Shown here: one piece after another, positions 35,329-45,300 of the stretch
How positions within the stretch are numbered: position 1 is the stretch's first letter
Layout: each line of letters begins with the position of its first letter
Origin: an uncultured Mycoplasma sp.
Lineage (GTDB): Bacteria; Bacillota_I; Bacilli_A; RF39; UBA660
Reading direction: 5' to 3'
Length of the DNA: 64,000 nucleotides
Assembly: GCA_902493595.1 (NCBI GenBank)
Contig: CABUPU010000004.1
Span: forward strand, 9,958 to 73,957
Notes under the pieces: model-generated
Seen by the model: only the letters and a program-made list of their open reading frames with translations
Told to the model about the DNA's origin: nothing
Databases searched by the model: none
Made by a program: the position numbers and the translations under genes

Positions 35329-36216
35329 ATGGCTAAAGAATTTAAATCAACAAATGAATTATTAGAAATAATTAATTCAAAAGGTTTATTAGTAAAAGAT
35401 AATAATAATTTCAGATATCTAATTGGAAAGTACTCATATTATTCAATAGTAAATACTTATAAGCTGATATTTAAAATTGGAAATAACTATAAAAATAACG
35501 CTTCGTTCGAAGAAATATTTGCAATGTATAAGTTTGATAAGAACTTAAAAATAATAATGCTTAAATATATTCTTGAAATTGAAGCTGTTATTAAAACAAA
35601 AATTGCTAATCTATTTGCTGAAAAGTATGGATTAGAAGATTATTTAAATATTAACAATTTTGATTTAAAAGATGATAATTCTAATTTAGAACATATAGAA
35701 AAATTAATTGAAGAAATAAAAAATGAAATTGATAAAGGAAATGGTAAACATGATGCAATAACTCATTATATGAATAAGTATGGATTTGTTCCACCTTGGG
35801 TTGTTACTAAAATATTATCTCTTGGAACTATTAGTAAATTTTATGGTTTAATGAAACAACAAGATAGACAAGAAATAAGTAAGCAATTTCATATAAATGA
35901 TAGAATATTAAAAAATATTCTTGGTAATTTAACATCAGTTCGTAATATAGCAGCTCACGATGATAGATTATATACCTATAGAAGTACTTTCTATATTAGA
36001 TTAGACAAAACTAAAAAATCACCAGATAAAGTATTACATACAAATATGTATATAATAATTAAATCGTTGGAATTATTATTAGAAAACGATCAAGCAATTG
36101 AAATGAAAAACTTAATTATAAAGGAATTAGATATATTAAAAAATAGTTTAACTTCAATAAAAATTGATGAAGTATTAAAGGTAATGGGATTCGATAAGAA
36201 CTATTACACTGCATAA
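35329..36216 (+). CDS. Abi_2 (AbiD/AbiF-like) abortive-infection protein, HEPN-type Rx4H motif
   Basis: 295 aa. The N-terminus is typical of AbiD/F proteins and the RNIAAH motif (SVRNIAAHDDRLY) is present. RBS AGGAGGT. Confidence 0.75.
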   Translation: MAKEFKSTNELLEIINSKGLLVKDNNNFRYLIGKYSYYSIVNTYKLIFKIGNNYKNNASFEEIFAMYKFDKNLKIIMLKYILEIEAVIKTKIANLFAEKYGLEDYLNINNFDLKDDNSNLEHIEKLIEEIKNEIDKGNGKHDAITHYMNKYGFVPPWVVTKILSLGTISKFYGLMKQQDRQEISKQFHINDRILKNILGNLTSVRNIAAHDDRLYTYRSTFYIRLDKTKKSPDKVLHTNMYIIIKSLELLLENDQAIEMKNLIIKELDILKNSLTSIKIDEVLKVMGFDKNYYTA

Positions 36217-36249
36217 ATATTGATTCACAGCATATAATAATAATGAAAA

Positions 36250-36289
36250 GTGCCTAGGAAACTTTAGAAGCCCTAGGCCTTTTTCATTT
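36250..36289 (+). repeat. 40-bp hairpin repeat, right copy (Abi terminator)
   Basis: See 35275-35314. This copy has the fully paired stem (C instead of T). Confidence 0.85.
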
Positions 36290-36590
36290 ATCTCATTATA
36301 AAAGTAATGATAAACATGATGAAAAATGAATACTAATATAAGATTAATTGTTTATGAAATATTTTTGAAGTTTCAAACATACAACGTATTTGTACGGAAT
36401 AAATATTTAATAGATAGAAATATCTATTTTTTTTTAAACAAAATAAAGTGTTCAGTCAAGAACACTTTTTTAGAGGTGATTATTTATAATAAATAATCCA
36501 ATATAATTTTAGCATGTTTTTCTATAAACCTCAACGAACAAGTGAGTATAATTTTACTTAATTAATGAGAAAATAATATTAGAAAGACTG

Positions 36591-36848
36591 GTGAGCATAT
36601 TGCATAATAAAAATGATGAAAATTATATTTATTATTTAGTTGCTCACAACCTAAAATCTATTAGAAAGAAAAAAGGATTTACTCAAGCTAAATTTGCAGA
36701 ACTTTGTAATTATAGTGAAGGATTTATAATGAATATTGAAAGTAATAAATATTTACAAACATTTAGTTTAGGAACACTTTGGAAGTTTGCCCAAGTTTTA
36801 GAAATTGATATACGAGAGTTATTTATACCAATTGATGATAATAAATAA
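36591..36848 (+). CDS. XRE-family HTH protein
   Basis: HTH KKGFTQAKFAELCNYSEGFIMNIESNK. Non-ATG start (GTG 36591 or TTG 36600). Confidence 0.65.
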   Translation: MSILHNKNDENYIYYLVAHNLKSIRKKKGFTQAKFAELCNYSEGFIMNIESNKYLQTFSLGTLWKFAQVLEIDIRELFIPIDDNK

Positions 36849-36938
36849 CTTTTTTTCATTTGTAGACAAAACATAAAATATATGATATAATCTATTTGTT
36901 TTTGAAAAACTTTTAAAAATAAGAAAGAAGGATTTTAT

Positions 36939-38612
36939 ATGAAAAATGAAATAGAGGAAACATCTATAGTTGCTTTAGGTGGCCTTGGAGAAGTTGGAAA
37001 AAACATGTATGTCATTACTCATAAAGATGAAATAATTATAATAGATTGTGGAGTTCTTTTCCCTGAGGATGACTTACTTGGAATAGATTATGTTATACAA
37101 GATTATACATATCTTAAACAAAATGAAAGCAAAATTAAAGCATTAATAATAACACATGGTCATGAAGATCATATTGGAGGAATTCCATTTTTACTTCAAA
37201 GTGTAAATATTCCTGTTATTTATGCTCCGAAAATTGCTACAGATTTAATTAATAAAAAACTTGAGGAAAGAAATATTAATTACAAAAATATTGAACTAAT
37301 AAATAAAGACTTAGTTTTAGAGTATAAATATTTTAAAATTGAATTTGTTAATACTACTCACTCAATACCAGATAGTTTTGCAATATGTATTCATACACCA
37401 AATGGAACGATTTTTGAAACTGGAGATTTTAAATTTGATTTAACCCCAATTGGACCAATGGCAGATATTCATAAAATGGCTAAAATTGGTGCTGAAGGTG
37501 TAACACTACTTTTAAGTGATTCAACCAATGCTCTATCCGAAGGTTATTCAAAAAGTGAATCATCAGTTGATGGAACTTTAAATGATATTATATCAAGACA
37601 TCACGGAAGAGTTATAATTGCAACATTTGCCTCAAATATATTTAGAATTAAACATATAGTTGAAACTTGTAAGCAATACGGAAGAAAAATAATTGTCTTT
37701 GGAAGAAGTATGGAAAATGCAATCGAACTTGCTAGTAATAATGGTCTTATCGAAGATAAAAGTATATTTATAGATGCATATCAAGCAAAAAGTTTAAAAA
37801 GAAATGAAGTATGTATATTATGTACTGGTACTCAAGGAGAACCTCTTGCGGCTTTATCAAGAATAGCTAATGGTGTTCATAAACAAATATCATTATTAAA
37901 TGATGATTTAGTAATATTTTCATCAAGTGCTATACCAGGTAATGCAAATAGTATAAATAAAATTATTAATAAACTTTATTTAAAAGGTGTAAGAGTATTT
38001 ACTAATACTGAATTTAGTGATATACATACATCTGGTCATGCTAAAGAAGAAGAACTTAAATGGATGCTTAGAATTATTAAACCAGCTTATTTTATGCCAA
38101 TGCATGGTGAATACAGAATGCTTAAAAAACATGCTGAAATTGCTAAAATGTGTGATGTTGAAAATTCTTTAATTTGTGAAAATGGTAATGTTGTAAAAAT
38201 GCTTAATGGAAAAGTGTATAAAGATGGTAATGTTATATCTGGCGATGTTTATGTTGATGGATCAAGAGTTGGTGATGTAGGCTCTGTAGTTATAAAGGAT
38301 AGAAAACTTATGAGTCATGACGGTATTTTAATCACTATTTTAAATATTAATACTTTAACAAGAAAATTATTAATAAAACCAAATGTTACTGCGCGTGGAT
38401 TTGTTACAATAAATGAAAATATTGAATTAATTAATAAAATAGAAAATAAAATTTCTGATATTACAAATAATTACCTAGCAAAATCAATTTATAGTTATAC
38501 TGATTTAAAAAATCAAATCATTTTAGAGGTTCTTCCATATATTAATGAACTTACAGGAAGAAGACCAATTATATTACCTGTAATTATGGAAGTTAATCAA
38601 TCTATATATTAA
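36939..38612 (+). CDS. rnj: Ribonuclease J
   Basis: Metallo-beta-lactamase HGHEDHIGG plus beta-CASP and a C-terminal domain; 557 aa. Confidence 0.9.
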   Translation: MKNEIEETSIVALGGLGEVGKNMYVITHKDEIIIIDCGVLFPEDDLLGIDYVIQDYTYLKQNESKIKALIITHGHEDHIGGIPFLLQSVNIPVIYAPKIATDLINKKLEERNINYKNIELINKDLVLEYKYFKIEFVNTTHSIPDSFAICIHTPNGTIFETGDFKFDLTPIGPMADIHKMAKIGAEGVTLLLSDSTNALSEGYSKSESSVDGTLNDIISRHHGRVIIATFASNIFRIKHIVETCKQYGRKIIVFGRSMENAIELASNNGLIEDKSIFIDAYQAKSLKRNEVCILCTGTQGEPLAALSRIANGVHKQISLLNDDLVIFSSSAIPGNANSINKIINKLYLKGVRVFTNTEFSDIHTSGHAKEEELKWMLRIIKPAYFMPMHGEYRMLKKHAEIAKMCDVENSLICENGNVVKMLNGKVYKDGNVISGDVYVDGSRVGDVGSVVIKDRKLMSHDGILITILNINTLTRKLLIKPNVTARGFVTINENIELINKIENKISDITNNYLAKSIYSYTDLKNQIILEVLPYINELTGRRPIILPVIMEVNQSIY

Positions 38613-38644
38613 AAAAACTGCAATAATCATATTGCAATTTTTTT
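38611..38644. terminator. Bidirectional terminator between rnj and the JAB gene
   Basis: TGCAAT-aatcat-ATTGCA flanked by A7 and T7 runs. Confidence 0.6.
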
Positions 38645-39152
38645 ATAGGTATTTTTCTAATTGTTCATTTTGACTATAGAATCTATCAAAGGTTAAATAC
38701 TTTGCTCCATCTTTTATTAATACCTGTGGTTTTTGAACCTCTCTACTTTTAAAAACAGTTTCACAATTTAAAGTAAAATATTTTGGACTAAATATCATAC
38801 AAATTTTATCACTTGCCCAATGTTTTTCTAATACATTTCTATCAGTTTCAGAAAATACACTAGTATATTGTCCATGTGAATGATAACAGCCAATAACTTC
38901 GAGGTTTTTAGATTTAGCAAAATTTAATGCTCTTGACTCATAAAAAAGTGGAAACATAAATTCATTTGCAGAACCAACTAAATCTTTTTCATAATACATT
39001 TGTGTAACATAAAAATATTTAAGCCCATCCTTTTCTATCATACTACCTAAAAGATAACCTCCACATTCGTGAAATTCATCCATAAATGCGTGATTTATAA
39101 TAGCATCAGACACATTTAAATTCATAATAACAATTGATTTTTGTGTTTCCAT
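38643..39152 (-). CDS. Stand-alone JAB/MPN (JAMM) metalloprotease-domain protein
   Basis: Conserved Glu (HECGGYLLG) and JAMM motif HSHGQYTSVFSETD. Sits 26 nt downstream of rny. Confidence 0.7.
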   Translation of the reverse strand: METQKSIVIMNLNVSDAIINHAFMDEFHECGGYLLGSMIEKDGLKYFYVTQMYYEKDLVGSANEFMFPLFYESRALNFAKSKNLEVIGCYHSHGQYTSVFSETDRNVLEKHWASDKICMIFSPKYFTLNCETVFKSREVQKPQVLIKDGAKYLTFDRFYSQNEQLEKYL

Positions 39153-39178
39153 AATATCCTTTCAAAAAGAAGAAGTCA

Positions 39179-40732
39179 TTATTTTGCTTCTTCTTGTGCT
39201 CTTGTTTCCCTAATAACAGTAATTTTAATTGTACCAGGATATTGCATTTCTTTTTCAATTTTATCTTTCATATCTCTAGCAATTTTAAAACTTGTTAAAT
39301 CATCAACTTCATTAGGTTTAACCATAACTCTAACTTCTCTTCCTGCTTGCATTGCATATGTTTTTTCAACACCTTCGAAAGAGTTTCCAATACTTTCTAA
39401 TTGTTCAAGTCTTTTTATATAATTTTCAACTGAATCATTTCTTGCACCAGGTCTTGCAGCACTTAAAGTGTCCGCTACTGCGACAAGGTTGGCAATTACA
39501 GTTTTTGCTTCTTTTGCACCATGATGAGAAACTATTGCATCAAGTACTGTTTCATTTTCATGATATTTTTTAGCAATATCATATCCAATATCAACATGAG
39601 AACCCTCAACTTCAAAATCTATTGCTTTACCAATATCATGTAAAAGTCCCGCTCTTTTAGCAAGTGAAATATTTTCACCAAGTTCTGATGCCATAAGTCC
39701 ACATAGATTAGCAACCTCGATTGAATGCTTTAATGCATTTTGTCCATAACTAGTACGATAATTTAATTTACCAATTAAATGTAATAGTTCTGGATCCATC
39801 TTAGTAAGACCAAGTTCATTCATTGTCTTATTACCAAGTTCAGTTATTTTACTATCAATATCCCTTACAGTTTTATCATATACTTCCTCGATTCTTGCAG
39901 GATGTATACGGCCATCTTTAATAAGTGTCTCAATAGTAATTTTAGCTATTTCTCTACGAAGTGGATCAAATGATGATATAACAATAGCTTCAGGAGTATC
40001 ATCAATTATTAAATCAACTCCAGTAATAGATTCAATTGTACGAATATTTCTTCCTTCACGGCCAATTAAACGACCTTTCATTTCATCATTAGGAAGTTCA
40101 ATTGTACTAACTGTCTGAAGACCTACAACATCATCAGCATATCTTTCCATTGAACCAACAATTAATTGTTTTGCTTTTTCATTTGCCTCAAGTTTTGCTT
40201 TTGCAGTTTCTTCGGAAATATACTCTGCTATTTCCTTACTCATATCAGCCTCAACTCTAGACATAATTTGTTTTCTAGCATTGTCTTTACTTAAGCCAGA
40301 TATTTTTTCTAATTTTTCAATTTCCTCTTTTAAAAGAGTATCCATTTTATCCTCTTTTTCTTGGATAGTTTGATTTCTTAAATTTAGAGAGTTTTCTTTT
40401 GCATCTAAAGACGAATCTCTTTTCTGAAGCATTTCTTCTCTCTTATCAAGATTATTTTCTCTACTAATTAAACGATTTTCAGTTTCTTTAAGTTCTGCTT
40501 TTTTTTCTTTTATTTCAGCATCCGTTTGTTGTTTTAATTTAAAACTTTCTTCTTTAAGTTCCAAAAGAGCATCTCTTTTTTGTTTGTCTGCTTCTTTTTT
40601 AGCTTCATCAATTAGTTTAATAGCTTTATTAGTGCGTTTTTTATTTATAATATAATAAATTACAAATACTATTGCACCACCAATTATTAATCCAATAACT
40701 AGAGTTAAAATGGAAGTTGTAGTTAATTCCAT
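39179..40732 (-). CDS. rny: Ribonuclease Y
   Basis: N-terminal TM helix, coiled coil, KH domain (GREGRNIR) and HD domain (LLHDIGK). The ATG at 40732 has a GTGAGGA RBS; the track GTG start is at 40744. Confidence 0.9.
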   Translation of the reverse strand: MELTTTSILTLVIGLIIGGAIVFVIYYIINKKRTNKAIKLIDEAKKEADKQKRDALLELKEESFKLKQQTDAEIKEKKAELKETENRLISRENNLDKREEMLQKRDSSLDAKENSLNLRNQTIQEKEDKMDTLLKEEIEKLEKISGLSKDNARKQIMSRVEADMSKEIAEYISEETAKAKLEANEKAKQLIVGSMERYADDVVGLQTVSTIELPNDEMKGRLIGREGRNIRTIESITGVDLIIDDTPEAIVISSFDPLRREIAKITIETLIKDGRIHPARIEEVYDKTVRDIDSKITELGNKTMNELGLTKMDPELLHLIGKLNYRTSYGQNALKHSIEVANLCGLMASELGENISLAKRAGLLHDIGKAIDFEVEGSHVDIGYDIAKKYHENETVLDAIVSHHGAKEAKTVIANLVAVADTLSAARPGARNDSVENYIKRLEQLESIGNSFEGVEKTYAMQAGREVRVMVKPNEVDDLTSFKIARDMKDKIEKEMQYPGTIKITVIRETRAQEEAK

Positions 40733-40842
40733 TTTAATCCTCACTTTCCTTTTACATAGAATTTTTTTAATTCCTACAATTTAATTATATATTTTTTTTC
40801 AAACTTAATCAATAGAAAAATAATATAGGTTTACAAAATTAC

Positions 40843-41499
40843 CTATATTACATATAAAAATATTGAAAAAAAGAATAATATACTTGCGGCTAAAACAAAG
40901 AAATGAAATATTGAATGCATATATTTTTTCTTTTTACCTACTGCATAAAATATTGCACCAATAGTATAAATAATTCCTCCACTGAGCATCAAATAAATAC
41001 CTGCTATATCAATGCTATTTAATAGTGTTTTAAAAGTAAATATAATCATCCATCCCATTACTAAATAAAGAAACATTGAAAATTTTTTATACTTATTTAA
41101 ATTAATTGAATTTAAAGTTATACCAAGTATTGCACATCCCCATATAACCCCAAAAACTGTCCATCCTAAAGCCTTGGGAAGTGATACCAATGCATATGGT
41201 GTATAAGTTCCCGCAATAAGTAAAAAAATCGAATCATGATCTAATATTCTAAAAACTCTTTTAGCATTATTAGGTTTAAATGAATGATATAATGTAGACA
41301 TTGTATATAAAATAATTGAGCAACTTCCATAAATAACTGAACTTATTACAGCATAAACATTATGATGAATTGCACTAAAAACAGTACATAAAACAAGAGC
41401 TGCAATTGAAAGAAGACCTCCAACACCATGACTTATCGCAGATAATAATTCCTCACATAAATTATATTTTGGTATTTCAATCTTATCTTTTAATTTCAT
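40843..41499 (-). CDS. Hemolysin III / PAQR-family membrane protein
   Basis: 7-TM pattern with HSFK..RILDH and a HxxxH-like C-terminal segment (HSIFHFFV). Confidence 0.85.
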   Translation of the reverse strand: MKLKDKIEIPKYNLCEELLSAISHGVGGLLSIAALVLCTVFSAIHHNVYAVISSVIYGSCSIILYTMSTLYHSFKPNNAKRVFRILDHDSIFLLIAGTYTPYALVSLPKALGWTVFGVIWGCAILGITLNSINLNKYKKFSMFLYLVMGWMIIFTFKTLLNSIDIAGIYLMLSGGIIYTIGAIFYAVGKKKKYMHSIFHFFVLAASILFFFSIFLYVI

Positions 41500-41587
41500 A
41501 TATAAATCATATCATAAACATAACAATATTTAAAGAGCAAATATTTTAAAATATGTGTTATAATAGTCTTCATAAAGGAGAAAGAAT

Positions 41588-41737
41588 ATGCAAGATAATT
41601 TTATGAAATATATAGAATATTTATATGTAACAGGGCAACTTGATGAAATGGATAATGAACAGATTTCAGAAATTGCCAATGAACTTTTTAATGATGATGA
41701 ATCATTAGATAATGATGATAATAGTTTAAAAAGATAA
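41588..41737 (+). CDS. Small acidic protein (49 aa)
   Basis: Strong RBS AAAGGAGAAAGAAT before the ATG. Product: MQDNFMKYIEYLYVTGQLDEMDNEQISEIANELFNDDESLDNDDNSLKR. Preferred over the antisense 73-aa track ORF. Confidence 0.4.
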   Translation: MQDNFMKYIEYLYVTGQLDEMDNEQISEIANELFNDDESLDNDDNSLKR

Positions 41738-41751
41738 AAAAACAATGCCAC

Positions 41752-42555
41752 TTATGCATTGTTTTCATTTGATGTTAAAGTAATATTTCCAACTCCACCT
41801 TCAATAGTTAAACTAACAAGTCCTTTACCATTTTCATAATTTGAATTTATTTCTTCGCCATTAACTTTAATATTACCTATCCCTTTATTAATCTTAACTT
41901 TATAATCATTTAAACTATTAAATAAGTTAATATTAAATTCTCCTACACCAGTAGTAATTTTATTACTACCTTTGAATAAAGCAGAAATATTTGTTTTACC
42001 AGCTCCCATAGTTAAACTTAAATTATAGATATTTCCATATTCAATATCAAGACTACCTGCTCCACCTAAAACTTTAGTTTCATCTAAAACAGTAAGTCTT
42101 TTAAAATCAATTTTACCTGCTCCTTGTTTTAAATTAAGTTTTTTAGTTACAAGATTTTCAGCTTCAATTTTACCAGCACCTGTAGTAAATTCTATTTCAC
42201 TAAATTCTTTATCTCTAGGAAGATAAAGAATTAAATTACTATCTTTTGTTTCAAAAGAAACATTAATTTTTTCTTCATTGATTTTAATTACACCATTTTT
42301 ATTTTCTAACTTTACATTTTTATTATTTGTTTCTATTTTAAAGTTTTCAGCATCTTTAATAATTAAATTTGTATAAGATAAAGTTACGCTTAACTTAGAA
42401 ATATTATCATTTCCATCATAAATAACTTTATTTTCCTTTAAAAGAGCACCAGTACTAAAAAACTTTTTAAATACATTATATTTGCCTGTATAAAGTCCAT
42501 ATATAACAAATATTATTAATGCAAGAATAATTAATCTAAATAATCTTTTTATCAT
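41752..42555 (-). CDS. DUF4097/LiaG-like beta-repeat protein with N-terminal TM anchor
   Basis: Repeated GAGKI/GAGSL/GVGNI strands. Confidence 0.6.
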   Translation of the reverse strand: MIKRLFRLIILALIIFVIYGLYTGKYNVFKKFFSTGALLKENKVIYDGNDNISKLSVTLSYTNLIIKDAENFKIETNNKNVKLENKNGVIKINEEKINVSFETKDSNLILYLPRDKEFSEIEFTTGAGKIEAENLVTKKLNLKQGAGKIDFKRLTVLDETKVLGGAGSLDIEYGNIYNLSLTMGAGKTNISALFKGSNKITTGVGEFNINLFNSLNDYKVKINKGIGNIKVNGEEINSNYENGKGLVSLTIEGGVGNITLTSNENNA

Positions 42556-43232
42556 TTAACATCTACTCCACCAAAGATGCATACAGAATTTAAATATATA
42601 GTAATTTCTTTTTTACTAGATTGTTTTCCTCTTTTTACTTCAACACCTCCGAAAAATGGAGTCGAAGATACTTTAACTTTTACATCATCAGGCACATATA
42701 TATCTATTCCACCAAAAACTGATAAAGTATTTATAACAATATCTTTTTCAATTTTGGCATCTCTTAAATCAAGTTTTATTCCTCCGAAAAGTGATTTTAA
42801 ATCTAAATTCTCTACTTTTTCATCCTCAAATTTTAAATCTTGAGAACCAAATACTGCAATATAATTATTGCTTTCTTTATTATTTGCATTAATTTTTTTA
42901 ATTTCTTTGCCATTAATACTTAATACATCCTTAAATACTAATAAAAGTCCAATTGAAATTAATATAACTGGCAATAATAATTTAATTAAAAGCTCATATT
43001 CAATTAAATCTCTTTCCGCTAAAAAAAGCCAAACACCAATAATTAAAAATATTAAACTTGAGGTTTTTTCTTTATCATTTATAAGTCCTACTAAAGAAGG
43101 AATTATTATAAATAAAGTCCACCAACCAGAGAAAAATAAATTAATATTAGTAATTCCAAAAGCATTTAAACCAAGTATTAAACCAATAAAAATTAATAAA
43201 AATCCAATAATATATTTTGTATAATCTTTCAT
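42552..43232 (-). CDS. LiaF-like cell-wall stress membrane protein
   Basis: N-terminal TM helices and a C-terminal FGGIKLDL..FGGIDIYVP..FFGGVEV repeat typical of the LiaF C-terminal domain. Confidence 0.6.
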   Translation of the reverse strand: MKDYTKYIIGFLLIFIGLILGLNAFGITNINLFFSGWWTLFIIIPSLVGLINDKEKTSSLIFLIIGVWLFLAERDLIEYELLIKLLLPVILISIGLLLVFKDVLSINGKEIKKINANNKESNNYIAVFGSQDLKFEDEKVENLDLKSLFGGIKLDLRDAKIEKDIVINTLSVFGGIDIYVPDDVKVKVSSTPFFGGVEVKRGKQSSKKEITIYLNSVCIFGGVDVK

Positions 43233-43345
43233 ATCTAACCTACTTTCTATAAAAATTATAACACTTAATAAAGTCTATGTAAAACTATTTTAAATAATAA
43301 TGTCTAATTGTATTTAAGTTTTCAACATTATTTGCCAGCTACATT

Positions 43346-44224
43346 TTAAAGACTCTTTATAAAATCATAGATATATGGGTATATAATTTTATATCCTTCA
43401 TAATTCAAATGAAGATTATCTGGCAAATATGTTTTTGTATTAACTTTTAAGATATTTGAATATTCTTCATTAAATAAATCTAAATATTTTATATTCCATT
43501 TATCAAGAATTTTCTTTGTCATCATAATATATTTATTATAATCATCATAACTCCATTTATGACCTCTTTCTGTATAATTTGGAGTATAATAAGTTATAAT
43601 ATATCCAATTTTTGCATCTTTAAAATATTTTTTTGCGTTATATATATATGATTCAAATCCTCCGGCAAAAGTATTTACATCAAAATCATCTTCACTCTTA
43701 CTATTTGATATTTCTCCTAAAGGTGTGTTATATAAAACATCATTAATACCACCTTGCATAATTACATAATCATATTTTTCATTTGCATGAGAAATAATTG
43801 TATCTGTAAGCCACTTATTTTTATCATCATAGGTTGATACTCTATAATCACTTATTCCAGCATTCATAACGATGTTAAAATCATAATTATCCTTTATAAA
43901 TTCTGCCCAAGAATAACCTTTAGTTAGAAAACCATAAGTTATAGAATCACCGAAAAATATAATATTTTTATTTTTAGTAACCATAGTATAAATAATTTTA
44001 TAAGATACTTCTTTATTATCGAGTTTGCAATTTATAGTATCATTATTTTTTTGACAAACGACTTTTTCATTATTCGAAGATACAATGTTATCTAAATAAT
44101 TATAATTTTCATTTTCTAAGATATGTACTTCTTTAGATTTAACATTTATAAAAGTTTCTTTTTCTTTTACATTATTACAACCACATACAACTACACATAA
44201 CATTATTAAAATAAATTTTTTCAT
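43346..44224 (-). CDS. SGNH/GDSL hydrolase lipoprotein
   Basis: Lipobox-like LCVVVCGC, block I FFGDSITYG, block V DNLHLN. Confidence 0.8.
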   Translation of the reverse strand: MKKFILIMLCVVVCGCNNVKEKETFINVKSKEVHILENENYNYLDNIVSSNNEKVVCQKNNDTINCKLDNKEVSYKIIYTMVTKNKNIIFFGDSITYGFLTKGYSWAEFIKDNYDFNIVMNAGISDYRVSTYDDKNKWLTDTIISHANEKYDYVIMQGGINDVLYNTPLGEISNSKSEDDFDVNTFAGGFESYIYNAKKYFKDAKIGYIITYYTPNYTERGHKWSYDDYNKYIMMTKKILDKWNIKYLDLFNEEYSNILKVNTKTYLPDNLHLNYEGYKIIYPYIYDFIKSL

Positions 44225-44231
44225 AAATTAC

Positions 44232-45290
44232 CTACCTTAACTTTAATATTGACATATCATCATATAAATTGTTTAAATTATATAATATTAATACATTATC
44301 AATATTTTTACTCTTTACAAAATCACTTACACTTTTATTATAATACCTTAAATCAATTACATAAATATTTTTATAATGTGATGTTAAAAAAGGAATAAAT
44401 GAATTTGCATAACTATTTTTTATAACAAGAATTGAGTTTTCATTTTCAAAATTTTCAATTTCTATTAAAGCATGATTATTATCTAAAAATATTGAATACT
44501 TATCTTTTTTATCTAAATAATCATAATTATATAAACTATTAGTTATTTTATTTTCATTAACATAATTTATAGTTAAATTTTCATTTTTTAAAAATAAATA
44601 TATATCATCACTTTTATCATAACTAAGCACTTTTGTTTGACTTGTTCCTTTAAAAGAGTTACTTACTTTAACAATATTATAATAGCTTTCGTCATTTGGA
44701 ATAACGTTTTTACTTTCCATATATTTTTTATATGCATAATATGCACCGAAACTAGTCCAGTGATGATCAGTTTTATAATACATATTTGTTTTTTTATTAT
44801 GATTTTTTAAAGTATCTATTACATTTATATTATTTGAATATTTTAAACTACTATATAAATAATTTATATCAATTTCTTCATTTGTGTTAATACTTCTTTT
44901 TAGTTTATCACTATTAATATAAATAGAATCAGGTACTATCATAACATCTGTTTGAATATTTTTAGCAAAATCATTTATTGTTTCTATTATTAAACTACTT
45001 TTTTTGATTTCAACTTTTTCTGGCAATAAATAATAATCATTTGCAACATAAACTCCATTTACAAGGGTTTTACCACATAATAATTCAATTTTATTTTTTA
45101 GTTTTAAAAGTTTATTTCTAAATGGTGCATTATCAAGTAAATAACTCTCTACATTGTTTAAACTAAATTTTGTTAAATATCTATTTTCAAATTCTGAATA
45201 GCTTTCCTTTTTTTTAAATATAAACATAACTGAATAAATAAAAATCATAATACTTATTATTAAAAATATAATTTTATTTCTTTTTTTCAT
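44232..45290 (-). CDS. DHHW-family protein (AlgJ/AlgX-like acyl-transfer partner of MBOAT)
   Basis: N-terminal TM helix and YKTDHHWTSFGAYYAY. Confidence 0.72.
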   Translation of the reverse strand: MKKRNKIIFLIISIMIFIYSVMFIFKKKESYSEFENRYLTKFSLNNVESYLLDNAPFRNKLLKLKNKIELLCGKTLVNGVYVANDYYLLPEKVEIKKSSLIIETINDFAKNIQTDVMIVPDSIYINSDKLKRSINTNEEIDINYLYSSLKYSNNINVIDTLKNHNKKTNMYYKTDHHWTSFGAYYAYKKYMESKNVIPNDESYYNIVKVSNSFKGTSQTKVLSYDKSDDIYLFLKNENLTINYVNENKITNSLYNYDYLDKKDKYSIFLDNNHALIEIENFENENSILVIKNSYANSFIPFLTSHYKNIYVIDLRYYNKSVSDFVKSKNIDNVLILYNLNNLYDDMSILKLR

Positions 45291-45300
45291 AAACTACCCC

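Noticed and set aside
16221-36289. Considered whether the hairpin-containing flanking repeats are integron attC sites or MITE ends.
   Set aside because: There is no intI gene and no attC R''/R' core (GTTRRRY) pairs. The repeats are direct, not inverted, and coincide with functional terminators of neighbouring genes.
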